A stretch of 64,000 nt of DNA from Octopus bimaculoides (taxonomy: Eukaryota), in contig NC_069001.1 of assembly GCF_001194135.2 (NCBI RefSeq), forward strand, positions 251,179 through 315,178, given 5' to 3'. Of this stretch, positions 38,952 to 51,999 are shown piece after piece. Under the pieces are notes generated by a model. The model was not told the origin of the DNA. It made no database searches and saw only the letters and a list, made by a program, of their open reading frames with translations. The position numbers and the translations under genes were made by a program. Position 1 is the stretch's first letter. Each line of letters begins with the position of its first letter.

Positions 38952-39784
38952 CATAAAACTTTTGTCCAATGATCTTGGAAATAAGTGAGAGAGAAAGAGA
39001 TGATATATGTATATATCTCTTTGTTTATTCCAAGCTGATGCTTTGCTCTTAGTCCATACTCTGAGTTTCCTGTTCTCATGAAGTGCTCTTACAACATTAA
39101 ATATATAAAGAAACTTTATTTCATGTAGTGAGCACTTTCTTTTCTCTCTCTCACACACACACACATTTTGTATATATGAGTGTGTGTGTGTGATCTTTAT
39201 GACCAACTTCTGCATGCATTGTATAATCCCTCCCCTGTGTGCAATATGGGTGTTGGTAAAGTTTAAATTACACTTGCAAATATAAGTCCTTTGAAAAATA
39301 TATCTATGTAAAGTGAACTATAAACTCACGCACGTCCACACTCGCACATAGTATACAGCACACACACATAAACACACATACAAATGTATTTTATTGTCAA
39401 GTTTTTGACAAAGGATTTTTTAAAAAGATCTACACACATACACACATACAAATGTAGATATATAAAAAAATATATATTTGCACACACATACACACACACA
39501 TATTAATGTATACCCAGAACATATTGAAATATATTTTATTGTTAAATTTTCAATAGAAGATAACACAAAATTTTTTTTTAATGATAATAAAATAAACAAA
39601 TTTAATCAAAATATCACAAATTCTTTTGAAATAAATCTTTAAAAGAATGATCTGAAACCATCTGAAAAAAATAAATGTTCTTCTATACAAATTCATAGAT
39701 TTCCTATATTGATTTCTTCCTTCTCTCTCTCTCTCTCTCTCTCTTCCTTTATCCATCTATCTGTCTGCCTGTCTGTCTGTCTAC

Positions 39785-39828
<44 letters not shown>

Positions 39829-40041
39829 ATCTATCTATCAATCTATCTAATTGTATACCTGTCTATCACCCCCCACCTCTCTACATCTCTATGTGTGTGC
39901 GTGTATCAGTGCACGGGGCTTTTTTTCCTTCTTTGTCTTTCGTTTCCTTCCTGGCTCTTTCTCACCTGCTTTACACTTTATTGATCCACTCCGCTTCCTT
40001 CTCTTAATGGCCAACACACTAGATGATCGTTTTCCTTTCTA

Positions 40042-40086
<45 letters not shown>

Positions 40087-40373
40087 CTCATCTACACTTA
40101 ATCATAAAAATAATTCACACAAATACAAATTACTTGTTTCTCCTTACATACAATCACATTTTCTCCACACAAAAGGAAAGCCCACGCATACATAAAATTA
40201 CACAGATACACATGCACATACAGCACACACACACACATACATGTATAGAAATATAGATATTCACAGAATATACACACCAGCATCAGTATGCGTGCATACT
40301 TATGCAAACACATGCACAGAGAAATAAATGGACCTATTAAAATAAATTACATATCTAAATATCTTGTGTTTGA

Positions 40374-40423
<50 letters not shown>

Positions 40424-40637
40424 NNNNNNNNNNNNNNNNNNNNNNNNNNNNNNNNNNNNNNNNNNNNNNNNNNNNNNNNNNNNNNNNNNNNNNNNNNNNN
40501 NNNNNNNNNNNNNNNNNNNNNNNNNNNNNNNNNNNNNNNNNNNNNNNNNNNNNNNNNNNNNNNNNNNNNNNNNNNNNNNNNNNNNNNNNNNNNNNNNNNN
40601 NNNNNNNNNNNNNNNNNNNNNNNNNNNNNNNNNNNNN

Positions 40638-40671
<34 letters not shown>

Positions 40672-41718
40672 CTTCTTTGTACTGAAAATGGATAATTCTT
40701 TGAAATATGACTTTAATTCTTCTGGAAAATTTGAGAAGTTACTTTCATGTATCCACTTAGTATATAGAATAAACAAACACACAATCACATGCATACAATC
40801 ATTTGGACACACAGAGTCTACAATAGCATCCACAAGCACACATGTATGCACATACACACACACACAACACATACACACACTCATTCATAAACATATGACA
40901 GTGAATTTTCCATGAAGAAGATACCCAGCAAACGACATCTTAATGCATGGATGACTGATACAAGCCTCTATGCGGTAGCTAGAAATAGTAACTAAATTTC
41001 CCTTCTGGTTTTAAAAAAGAATAACACATCAAATAGTTGCTACAACAATTTGAAATCTAGAAATACTGTCACACACACACACACGTGTATACAGTTGCTG
41101 AGTGGTGTCCAAGAGATTGGGAAGGGCAATGGGAAGACAGTTTAGTTAAATAATGGTTTTGGGCCAAAAAGGTAAAGAAGGTTGCAATCAAGAAAGAATT
41201 GGAAGTGCATTGTGACCAGCGATGTACAACTACATCCATTAGTATGGTCAATGCAGGTGGTTTGCTTGGTTCAGAGAACCCAGACAAAATTGCAAGCAGA
41301 TTTTCTACAGTCAGGAGCTCTCCCTGTCACCAACCCTCACCTATTTCAAAATATGTCTCCAATGGCCAGACATGCTTCCACAGAAGATTGCAGATGAATG
41401 ATACCACTTGTATAACAATGACACTCATTTACAGCTATCACACAATATCAAAACAACACACACACACACACACACATCTATACATAACATATACAATAGG
41501 CTACTTTCAGTTTCTGTCTACCAAATCAACTCACAAAGCAGGGTCAAATGATGACAATAAACTGGGCAGGAGATTATGTCTTCCACCCAAGGACACGCAG
41601 ACACACACAAACACACATACATATACATACATATATATATACATACATATATATATACANNNNNNNNNNTCTCAATTCAATATGAGGCAGATGTGTCTTA
41701 GCATTTCTTTCTTGGCTC

Positions 41719-41757
<39 letters not shown>

Positions 41758-42315
41758 TGAAAATATAGCCTTCATCCTCTAAAGAATGAGAGAGAGAGAG
41801 AGAGAACGATGTATTAAGTTTGTCTCTGCACGTGTGTGTGCATGTGCGTGTATGTGTGTGGGTGCGCATGTGTATATGTGTGTGTGTGTGTGTGTGTATA
41901 AGGCAGTATGAGAATTTATATATGTATTTGTGAGAGGGAAAGAGAAAGAAAATGTAACTTTGTTTTTGAAGGAGAGGCTGAGTCAGTGTGTGTGTGTGTG
42001 TGTGTATGTGTGTGTGTGTGTGTGTGTGCACACATTTCATGTATTTAATGTAATGAATACAGATCATTACAAACACTGACTTAGATATGTATATATATGG
42101 ACAGTGCAACCACCCTATGCATATGTATGCTAGGCTGTATGCATATTCCTGCCCTTCTCATTACACTCTAATATATTTATATAATTCAATACACATATTT
42201 ATATTGAATATCAAAATTAGAGTCTAGATTTTTGTATGTAGGTATTTATCTTGAGAGAGGACGTCCATATTAATATATGCATGAATATATACATGTCTGT
42301 ATGTGTCTATATATG

Positions 42316-42348
<33 letters not shown>

Positions 42349-42396
42349 TGTGTCCATCTGGTTATCTATATATAAATATATCTCAAGCAATTCTTA

Positions 42397-42990
42397 GCAG
42401 TATACTCTCTGCATGTGAGTGGAAAATCCTTGAGACAAGTGAAGAAGTTTAAGTATTTTTGGAGCTGTATTCAAGAGCAATGGAAAGCAGGATTCAGAAC
42501 TGGATGCTAGAATTGCAGGTTCTGGTAGAGTAATGCACCATTTCCAGCATTCGATCCTCAGAAGAGGAGGGGTCGGTTAAAATGTTAAATTCATTATCTT
42601 CACTTCTATTTTCATGCCTATACCAAGAGTACATTTGCAAATGCCAGTGGCCAGTGGCCAGTGGCCAGTGGCCAGAATTAGGTCCTTGTGGACAGCCTCT
42701 GGAGCAGCACTGCTTGACAGGGTGTGTAGCTCAAATATCAAGGAAATTTTCCAGGTCAGGCCCCTACTTCTTTGCATCGAGAGATCTCAGCTCCCGTACT
42801 ACAGTCATGGGATGAGAATGTCACTGGAAAGAGACCTTGAGACAGACAAGGAATGGAATGGTGGGATAATAACATCCATAATCTCAGTTGGCCATGCTTG
42901 AGAATCCAGCCAGAAACTCTAAGTTGATGGGACCTATGGAAGAGGTGCCATGACCCTCCTCAAAATAGTGGGTAGAGAAAATGGATTACA
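42397..42990 (+). mobile_element. 5'-truncated RTE-clade LINE (Rex3/Expander-like) ORF C-terminus, pseudogenised
   Basis: Reads LHVSGKSLRQVKKFKYFGAVFKSNGKQDSELDARIAGSGRVM...KFIIFTSIFMP, then LLDRVCSSNIKEIFQVRPLLLCIERSQLPYYSHGMRM, then WWDNNIHNLSWPCLRIQPE. These match RTE motifs FKYLG, D.EID.RI, LLLRIERSQLRW.GH..RM and RW.D....L.W..L.I.PE. Stops and frameshifts present. Confidence 0.85.
42643..42675. repeat. 7-bp tandem repeat (GCCAGTG)4.7
   Basis: Direct reading. Lies inside the RTE fragment. Confidence 0.95.
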
Positions 42991-43009
42991 ATCTATCAAT
43001 CTATCTATC

Positions 43010-43049
<40 letters not shown>

Positions 43050-43051
<2 letters not shown>

Positions 43052-43576
43052 TGTGAGAAAGTTGGTATGTGAAAGCACGTGGTTGGATGTATATAAGATA
43101 AAATAGAGTGAAAAAAAACTACAGAAGGCTTGTGTTATATGGTTAAAGTGTATATTTAAATCGTTATGTTAGGAAAATGTTATAAAATTATGTGTAAAGT
43201 AACATTGTTTTTGGAGAAATAACCGGTTTCGTATTTTCTTTTCAAATTTCTCAAATTTCTCAACCTGTACTGAATCATGTTTTCGCTTTGGTGTAAAATG
43301 TGGAGTTCAAGATAGTGGAAGGTAATCATGGATTTTTTTGCGGTCAAAGGGAGATAATAAAAAATGTTGGGGGATGACTAGGTTTGATCAATTTAACGTG
43401 ATTTGGTTTAGAAGGAATAGAATGTTACAAGTGGTTAGGTTTTGCTTTAGATTTTCTTCAATGAGGTGAGTTTCCTTATTTAAAAATGTTAGAAATGGTT
43501 AAGTTTTGGCTTATATTTTTCAATGAAGAAGGTTTCCTTATTTAATCTAATTTGTGTTGGTGTTACAATGGCACAT

Positions 43577-43578
<2 letters not shown>
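43050..43578 (-). mobile_element. Probable 3' fragment of a Penelope-like element (end of GIY-YIG endonuclease ORF plus downstream region)
   Basis: Minus strand 43578-43489 reads QCAIVTPTQIRLNKETFFIEKYKPKLNHF*, resembling the E...I...P.LN end of Penelope GIY-YIG domains. Bounded on both sides by (TA)n runs. Confidence 0.45.
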
Positions 43579-43619
<41 letters not shown>

Positions 43620-43620
43620 T

Positions 43621-44060
43621 AAGGTGAGGGTTGGCAACGAGTACAGTGAAGAATTCCGGGCAGTGGTAGGGGTCCACTAAGGTTCAATCCTCAGCCCCCT
43701 CTTATTTATCATAGTCCTCCAGGCAATAACAGAGGAATTCAAGACAGATTGCCCCTGGGAGCTCCTCTATGCTGACAACCTTGCCCTAATTGCTGAGTCA
43801 CTATCAGAACTAGAAGTGAAGTTTCAGGTGTAGAAGCAAGGATTAGAATCGAAAGGCCTTAGAGTCAACCTAGCTAAAACCAAAGTCCTAATAAGTAGGA
43901 AGGTAGACAAACCACAAACCCCCTTCAGGTAGATGACCCTGCTCGATCTGTAGAAAAGGTGTAGGTAGAAATTCTACAAGATGTACCCAGTGTAATCCAT
44001 GGACACATAAGAGATGCAGCAATATCAAAGGAAGGCTAACTGGGAAGATAGTTTTTGTAT
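43621..44060 (+). mobile_element. RTE-clade LINE reverse transcriptase fragment with a Cys/His-rich segment, pseudogenised
   Basis: Reads KVRVGNEYSEEFRAVVGVH*GSILSPLLFIIVLQAITEEFKTDCPWELLYADNLALIAESLSELEVKFQV*KQGLESKGLRVNLAKTKVL, containing RT motifs GVxQGSxLSPLLF and YADD (here YADN, 43768-43779). After a +1 frameshift in the C-run at 43919-43923 it continues SGR*PCSICRKGVGRNSTRCTQCNPWTHKRCSNIKGRL. Stops at 43678, 43831 and 43934. Confidence 0.92.
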
Positions 44061-44063
44061 CAG

Positions 44064-44192
44064 GCAGTGGTTGGCATTAGGAAGGGCATCCAGCTGTAGA
44101 AACTCTGCCAGATCAGATTGGAGCCTGGTGCAGCCGTCTGGCTTGCCAGTCCTCAGTCAAACCATCCAACCCATGCCAGCATGGAAAGCGAA
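44064..44192 (+). mobile_element. Family A 3' portion, fused directly to the RT fragment
   Basis: agtggttggcattaggaagggcatccagctgtagaaactctgccagatcagattggagcctggtgcagcc...ccaacccatgccagcatggaaagc matches the 35522-35646 copy. Confidence 0.88.
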
Positions 44193-44194
44193 TG

Positions 44195-44227
<33 letters not shown>

Positions 44228-44573
44228 GTATGTATATATATATATATGTATGAGAAGCTTCCACAGCGTTTGTATCTCAGATATTCTCACAAGGTCTGAC
44301 CTGATGTTCTTAGAGCAGACACTTGCTTAAGGGGGCAAATAGTGGAACTGAATCTGAAACCATGTCCTTGAGGTAAACTTCTTAACCACAAAGTCATATT
44401 TGCACCCCAAAAAATATATGTGTGAGTGTATGCACACACACACACATATTTCCATTTTTCCTGAGCGTTAAACTGATAAAACCTTGTTTCTTGTTCCTTG
44501 ACCTGTCTTTGTCTTCTTGTTTTTTGTACATTTGAACCACACACATACATATACATACATACATACATACATA

Positions 44574-44663
<90 letters not shown>

Positions 44664-45256
44664 TATATATATGCATATATATATCAACATATCTGTACAT
44701 CTTTGTACATTGTAACTTGTATATATTTCTACATGTGTCTACGTCTCCCACTATGTGTGTGTGTGTATTGATTCATACTCCAATAAGTACACTTATTGCA
44801 TATGCAGTTATGTATATATTCATTCTATTATGATAAATTTATGTATTACATGAATATTAAATGAAGGAGACAAAATAAGCAGTGAAATTAGTTTGGATTT
44901 CGAGTGCAGTCTTCTGAGCGAAGATGGTCATTTGACATGAATTCAGTGTTTTAAACATAGAGATGTGCCTATCCATTTATTGATGCTTAGCACATTTACA
45001 TAGATGTGTCATCTTTATAAATAACCACACAGAAGTCAACTCTGTTATTACTGTCATACATATAGATGGGTAGTTGTCTGGCATTCAAATAGCTCTTTTA
45101 AGCATACATATACTTGTATATACATATGTATATACCCGTACACTTGCTTTCTTAGTTATATATACACTGTTACTGGGCATTGTGTTTATGCATATGAAGC
45201 TAACTTATGCACCTATTAGACAATCATTTAGAAACAGAGAAATCTATACAACGACT

Positions 45257-45299
<43 letters not shown>

Positions 45300-45999
45300 G
45301 CTATATATTGTTACCACATTTGCTATCACATCAATCATCAGTTCTATTAAAGATGCCAATGAATGTTACAGACATGATTATTAAGTATTGGTAATGTATT
45401 GAATTTGGTGATCAGTGTCCCATCGAAGGTAAACTTGTGGTGAGTCAAGTCCTTAATCTGCTTCTTGTTGTGCTTTCTGTTTAGCCCCAGGCTGGTCCTG
45501 ATTGAGAAACATACCAACAAGGAAACGTATTTTAGTTGCTTATAGTTTGCTTAGACCACATACATCTTAGACTACACTGTCCTGTGTGTTCTTTCTTCTT
45601 CAGTGTAGAATTTGCGGGAGACTTGGCTTCCGTTTCCTAATAAGCCGAGTATTGTGGAACCACATCATACCAGTTCCTTCAATTTTGTTTTAATTGAACA
45701 TTTCATTTGTAATTGTTTGGAATTTAGAACCAAGAAGTTCTATACTTCAATAAATATCATTTGTCCCTATTCTCTGTCTTATGTTCAACCAGAAAAGCTG
45801 ATTGGAAACACACACACTCTCTCACTATTTCTTTTCTCTCTTTCCAATTGTCTTCATCAAAAGACCCTTGTTCCTGTCCCCTCTATCATACTTTAACTTT
45901 TCAGCACCTGACATAGAGCCACCTCCCTCAATACAATACCCTACCCCTCAGTTGAGGGGCTTTGTCTTGTGACTTACTTGGTGACCTCACTAAAAAAAA

Positions 46000-46145
46000 A
46001 GCCCCATGTACCCAGGTCCCTGAAAGTAGCACAGAGTACACTCTGTAAGGGAAAGGTGTTCAAGCCTAATCCTCTAGCTCCTTGGTTCCTGTCAAAGTGT
46101 CCAGCCTATGCCAGCATAGAAGACATTAAATGATGATGATGATGT
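46000..46145 (+). mobile_element. Family A copy (diverged)
   Basis: Ends cctgtcaaagtgtccagcctatgccagcatagaagacattaaatgatgatgatgatg. Confidence 0.65.
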
Positions 46146-47422
46146 TTTTCCTACTGGATGCTGCGCAGTTGTGAGGTGGGAAGGAAATCAGTTGTGAATC
46201 AACTATTCAGACACACACAAACATAGTTGACGAGAGAGCAGCAAAAGGTGATAAAACAGGTGACAATGTAAGGTCTGTGGTCAAGTTTGAACTCCTAACA
46301 ATGTGGTTGGTGATTCATCTTCAGAAACAGAATTAATTATATTTTTGTACACCTGTATTTGTCTTTGCTTTTCATACCTATACTACTGGCTATTGTAAGT
46401 TATTTTCCTCTCAACTCCTTCTTGTTTAATTTATACATATATGCATACGTGTGTGTGTGTGTGTGTGTGCGTGTGTTATAAAACTATAAAGACAGACAGA
46501 TCAGTCTTTTATAAAATATTACTGTTCCCATTCTAATTAATCTACGAGCAAATTTGTCCAGATTAATTACAAATGATCTTTTCCAAAGCTTACATCACGT
46601 GAATGTGCATACTCTCTCACACACATACATACACACACACACACGTGCACATACACACATGTGCACATATACACGTGCACACATTTCACACTTGCCTACA
46701 TACACATATGCACTTCCTTCGACCAGAATTAGCAGACATGAATGGATGCTGCTTTCTCTCTTTCTCTTTTGCTCACCTGATATCTATGTTTCTGTGCCAA
46801 CTGAAGAATACAGACAGCAGAAGAGTTCTCACTTTGATTTATGCACCAAAAGAAAATGTCAATGACATTTTGACCAGTTCTTTCTAAGTGGTCAATTGAA
46901 TCTATTTTCTCCGGCTGCATGAGTCTCTCAGAATATCACAAAGAACAGTGGTGGTGGTGGAGGGGGGAATGCCTTTGCATACGACCTATTGATGACGCTT
47001 CCAAAGAGCGCAGTCAGCTTGAAGAATGAACTCTTTTGAAACATTTGTGAGGAAGTGAAAAGGCTCGGGAGTTCTTGTGACCTTTACCAGAATCTTGAAT
47101 AACCTCTTTCTGATAAAAGTAAAACAAAAACAAACAAACAGAAAAGAAGGTTAGCACCAATGGACAAATAGGTAAAGGTTTATTTATATGTATTAACATG
47201 TTCTCTGGTGTCATTTTGATTTTAGGTGGCTGAAAATTCAATGTTCCATGTGTGCAGTTTAAATCAATGAATATTATTCATGTGCACACACACACACACA
47301 CACACACACATTTATGTCGGCTTCTGTGTATGTATGTGGGTGTACTTTCTAGCCTGCCTCTTTCAGTGAGAATCGCTCGTACTCAAATACTGGTATCAAA
47401 CCAAGTTATGATTTAATTTCTT

Positions 47423-47625
47423 TTCTACTCTAGGCACAAGGCCTGAAATTTTGGGGGAGGGAGCCAGTCGATTAGATCAACCCCAGTACACAATTGGTAC
47501 TTAATTTATCAACCCCTAAAAGGATGAAAGGGAAAGTCAACCTTGGCGGAATTTGAACTTAGAACGTAAAGACAGACAAAATACCACTCAGCATTTCCCC
47601 CGACCTGCTAACCACTCTGCCAGCT
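47423..47625 (-). mobile_element. tRNA-headed SINE (family C), well-preserved copy
   Basis: Minus strand A-box tggcagagtgg (47622-47612) and B-box gttcaaattcc (47558-47548), then ttgactttccctttcatcc...ttaagtaccaattgtgtactggggttgatctaatcgactggc...ggccttgtgcctagagtag. Related copies at about 5110-5240(-), 19620-19760(+), 26005-26150(+), 29150-29285(-) and 59965-60130(-). Confidence 0.85.
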
Positions 47626-48735
47626 TGCAGAGTTAGCAGTTGGAATAACTGTCTTCGGGATAAGAATATCCGTTCTTACTACCGGTATCATTTACCTATG
47701 TTAACCCTGGGCATGGGTGTGCAAGCACACTATGCTCATGGGGTACAGGTAATAACAGAATAAACAAAAGTTTAAAAGGAGGGTAGTTGTTATGAATAGG
47801 TATCACATGCATAGTACAAGAAAAAGAAGGCCTTCTTCTATCCAAAAGACAAATAATCTCTCACCAACACATTCGAACCTCTGCCTTACAAGTCAACCAT
47901 CTCCTCACTCTGTATATTTTATTGATACTACAAAGCCCTCCTCTCCATTAGCCAATCCCAAACCATCTCCAGCAAAGTTAACCATTATCTTTCTTTTGCT
48001 ACCAGTCACTTCTCTTGTGTCTCACCATGTCCCACAATAATCATTTTCTTCAAACTTTCTTCTTCAGAAAAACAAAAAACAAAAAAACTCTGAAATTTTT
48101 GTCCTGTCCAAGTTTTGTCTACCAACATCATCTCACAGATGTGAAGATTTTCTATGAATTACAGCATTCTTACTAAATGCAGAGAATTTTCAAGGGTCTA
48201 CGATGAAATATTTGAATATTTTGTCAGAGCAATTGTTTACCCCCACAAGGTGGACGACCTTCCTGATTAAACTTCCGTTGATTAGAGGAAAGTTATGTTT
48301 CTCTTATCTCTCGGTGGAACAACCTGTACCTACCACATACACCCAAACCATCATTGGATGCCAGCAAAAGATGCTGTTTGCTCCTCATCTGGAGCTACAT
48401 TTGTGTGGATCATGTCCAGTTATTTGACCAACTAACCTAATCTATCTATATCTACTTAATCAGGTTTAATCTTCAGCTACACAACATCATATATATACAA
48501 AGGTTTGAACTCCTGACCAAATGAATATTTGGCTCAGTAAATTCAACGGTGAGTTCCAATGTATGAAACAAGGCCAAAAAATATCATTTTAATAAACGTC
48601 ACTATGAACAATCAAATTCATTTTATTACTCAAAACAGGATTATTTGGAAAATATATTTGATTACGATTGTAAACAAAAATCATTTATTACAAATCACAA
48701 GATTTTCTACATTAGCTCTGTCATCGCCTCCCCGC

Positions 48736-48772
<37 letters not shown>

Positions 48773-49329
48773 ATAAAAAGCTAATTCTAATACTAAAATC
48801 TTGTTTAATTGCTGGATGATCAAAATTTTAATACTTTTCCAGTTTGCCTTATTCTATAATCTGTGTTCAATTTAGTGTCAATAATAACAAAAATAAAAGA
48901 TTATTCACTTGTTTGTTCACTCCTTAGTCATTTGTGTGGAAGAGAATGTCATGGCCCAGAAACTGGTCTTTGGTTGGACTCTTGTGCGATTGGGCCCCAA
49001 TTATTGTCTCTTCTCTTTCGAGAGCTTCACTCTGACGTCTATTTTTCTAACTCTCTTTCTCCAATCTCAAACAGAAATAGATGAGTGTGCATATGTGTAT
49101 ACATATGTATATATAAACACATGCACACATATATTAAATAAATTGTTAAACACAAACGATATGCAAATTTGATAGAGAAAGAGAAATGGCAACTCATTTC
49201 CCTAGCGTTGGCCATCTCTGATGAGATCTCAATAAGGACTGAAAATTGATTTTCAAGGTTGTTCATCTTTTTGTTTTCAGTCTATGCAGAGATAAGTAAA
49301 GTTGACAAATGGCATATAAAAAGCATCAT

Positions 49330-49560
49330 CTGAACGTGGTCAATGCCATCCCCCACCGCCCCGACAGGCTTCTGTGCTAGTAGCACGTAAAAAGCACCCA
49401 CTACACTCTCGGAGTGGTTGTCATTAGGAAAGGCATCCAGCTGTAGAAACTTTGCCAGATCAGATTGGAGCCTGGTGAGGCCTCCTGGCTTGCCAATCGC
49501 CAGTCAAACCATCCAACCCATGCCAGCATGGAAAATAGACGTTAAATGCTGATGGTGATG
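49330..49560 (+). mobile_element. Family A copy
   Basis: Near-identical to 35493-35670 and ends atggaaaatagacgttaaatgctgatggtgatg. Confidence 0.9.
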
Positions 49561-49911
49561 TACAGTGAGATTATCCAGTGTCTTTATCTCTTTTTTTTTT
49601 CAGGGCTGAGGTTGTTGTTTGAGGGCATTCTTGGTTGCTATTTCTAGTAATGCAAGCAACCATTTTGAGACCCTCTCGTTGGTTCAGTATTGATACTGTT
49701 TCATAAGCAGTATTTATATTGTTGTGTCTAACAGTAATATTATAGACTACAACTAGGGCAGCCGTTCTTCTTTTTGCAGATTCTCTCAAAGTACTTCTTG
49801 CAATGCATTGCTTATACTTTTATTCTTCTTCCAAGACATTCTCAGATCCTTCAAAACCAGGAAATAGTGAAAAAAAAAAGCTTTACACTGTTTTTTTTCC
49901 ACCAATTGTCT

Positions 49912-49922
49912 TATTATTATTA

Positions 49923-49965
<43 letters not shown>

Positions 49966-49991
49966 TATTATTATTATTATTATTATTACTA

Positions 49992-50022
<31 letters not shown>

Positions 50023-50032
50023 TATTATTATT
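49912..50032. repeat. (ATT)n microsatellite with periodic ACT interruptions
   Basis: ACT variants at 49961, 49988 and 50018. Confidence 0.95.
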
Positions 50033-51219
50033 GGTTCTTTCATTTGTTAAGATAAAAAAAAAGACGAAAAGGAAAGTTTAATTTCTTTGGCAAGTTTAAT
50101 GACTCTTGCTATGATAAATCTGCCATATTCCATAAAATTATACCATTAACATGTTGAACTATTTTAATTAGTTACACACGCACGTACTACACACATACAC
50201 ATGCACATCTGCACATATATACACTCACAGACAGGCAGACACACACACACACACACTATCTTCTTGTTAGTTTCGTAATTGGATCTGACAAGGAAAAAGT
50301 TCCGCTTCTAGTTCCAAATAACCTTCTACTTTTGCTAAATGATGTTTCTTCCCCCCCCCCCGCAAACACCGACATCCCCCACTATTACTGTCATCACCAA
50401 CATCAACCGAACCACCACCACCACCGATACCACCCTGCTTCACCCCCGCTCCCACTTACCACGTACGACCCAGTCCCCCTGTGTATTCTAATATCACATT
50501 GTCAAAGCAGCACATAAATGATAATTCTTCAATATTATTACATCGGCAGCAATGTTTAAGGGTGATGGGGAATAGTGGAGGTGGGTGGCGGTGGTGGTGG
50601 TNNNNNNNNNNNNNNNNNNNNNNNNNNNNNNNNNNNNNNNNNNNNNNNNNNNNNNNNNNNNNNNNNNNNNNNNNNNNNNNNNNNNNNNNNNNNNNNNNNN
50701 NNNNNNNNNNNNNNNNNNNNNNNNNNNNNNNNNNNNNNNNNNNNNNNNNNNNNNNNNNNNNNNNNNNNNNNNNNNNNNNNNNNNNNNNNNNNNNNNNNNN
50801 NNNNNNNNNNNNNNNNNNNNNNNNNNNNNNNNNNNNNNNNNNNNNNNNNNNNNNNNNNNNNNNNNNNNNNNNNNNNNNNNNNNNNNNNNNGTAAAGAAAA
50901 TAATAGTGGTTGCCGGGAGGAGACAATTTGACTGTGATTAAGGGGGTAATGGGGGTGACACAGTAATGGTATATCAATGGTGAAAATGGTTCTAGTTTTC
51001 TGATAAGGAGATGGGGGGGGAAGAGGTGAATATTTGAAAATTTGCAATATATGTGAGGGGATGGAGGGGGGGTGGAGATCATAAATGATACATGACATAA
51101 GAGCGAGAAAGAGGAGAAAGAGAGAGGGAAGGGGAGAGAGAGAGAGAGAGAGAGAGAGAGCAAGAATACATAGGTAACCCAAAATAAAGATGAAATGGAA
51201 GAAAACAATGAGTCAAACT

Positions 51220-51530
51220 TTCACCACCACCACCACCATCACAGCAACAAACCACTACCATTACCACCATCACCACCACCACCACCACCACCATCATCAT
51301 ACCATCACGCCATTGCAATTTCACCACCACACTTACATGCCATCACCCAAATCACTACTACTACCACCACAACACCTCCATACCATCATCCCTGCTTTCA
51401 CCACCACTAAACCAACATACCGCCACCACCACCACCACCTGATCATCACTACCACAACCATCACCAATACAATTCCACCATACCATCATAGCCCCTACTT
51501 CTACCACTCCCCACAGCAACAACGATGCTA
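51220..51530. repeat. Degenerate (CAC/CAT)n tract
   Basis: Direct reading. Confidence 0.9.
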
Positions 51531-51954
51531 ACCCCATCTGACACCATAAGTTGAAAAGTCAAGACAAATTCAAGAAAAACATCCAGTGAAGTCCTAATCA
51601 TCTCTTTTGCTTGTGTTTAGTGGGGTTTGATAGGTTGTTTGTTTACTTGATTGTCTCATTGTTGGTCTTTGTCCAATCCACTCTGTCTCTCCAACTCAGT
51701 CTACAGCTTACAGCTTCCCTTTCATTGTCATCAAATAAGAGAACAGTGGATGCAAGTGCTCTCGCCTCTCTCTTTCTTTCTCTCACTCTATCTGTCCGTC
51801 TCTCTGTCTCTATCTCTCTATCTCTCTATCTCTGTCTCTCTCTCTCTCTCTCTTTCTATCTTTCTATCTATTTGTCTCTTTCCTCCTCTGGTAACTGTCA
51901 GAGAAATATTCAGTAGCTTGGGTTGAAGGTCTATCTTACCAAATATGTCTATGT

Positions 51955-51999
<45 letters not shown>

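Noticed and set aside
47790-48430. Possible decayed CR1/L2 LINE end
   Set aside because: Only a short RWNNL-like remnant was seen, too weak to call.
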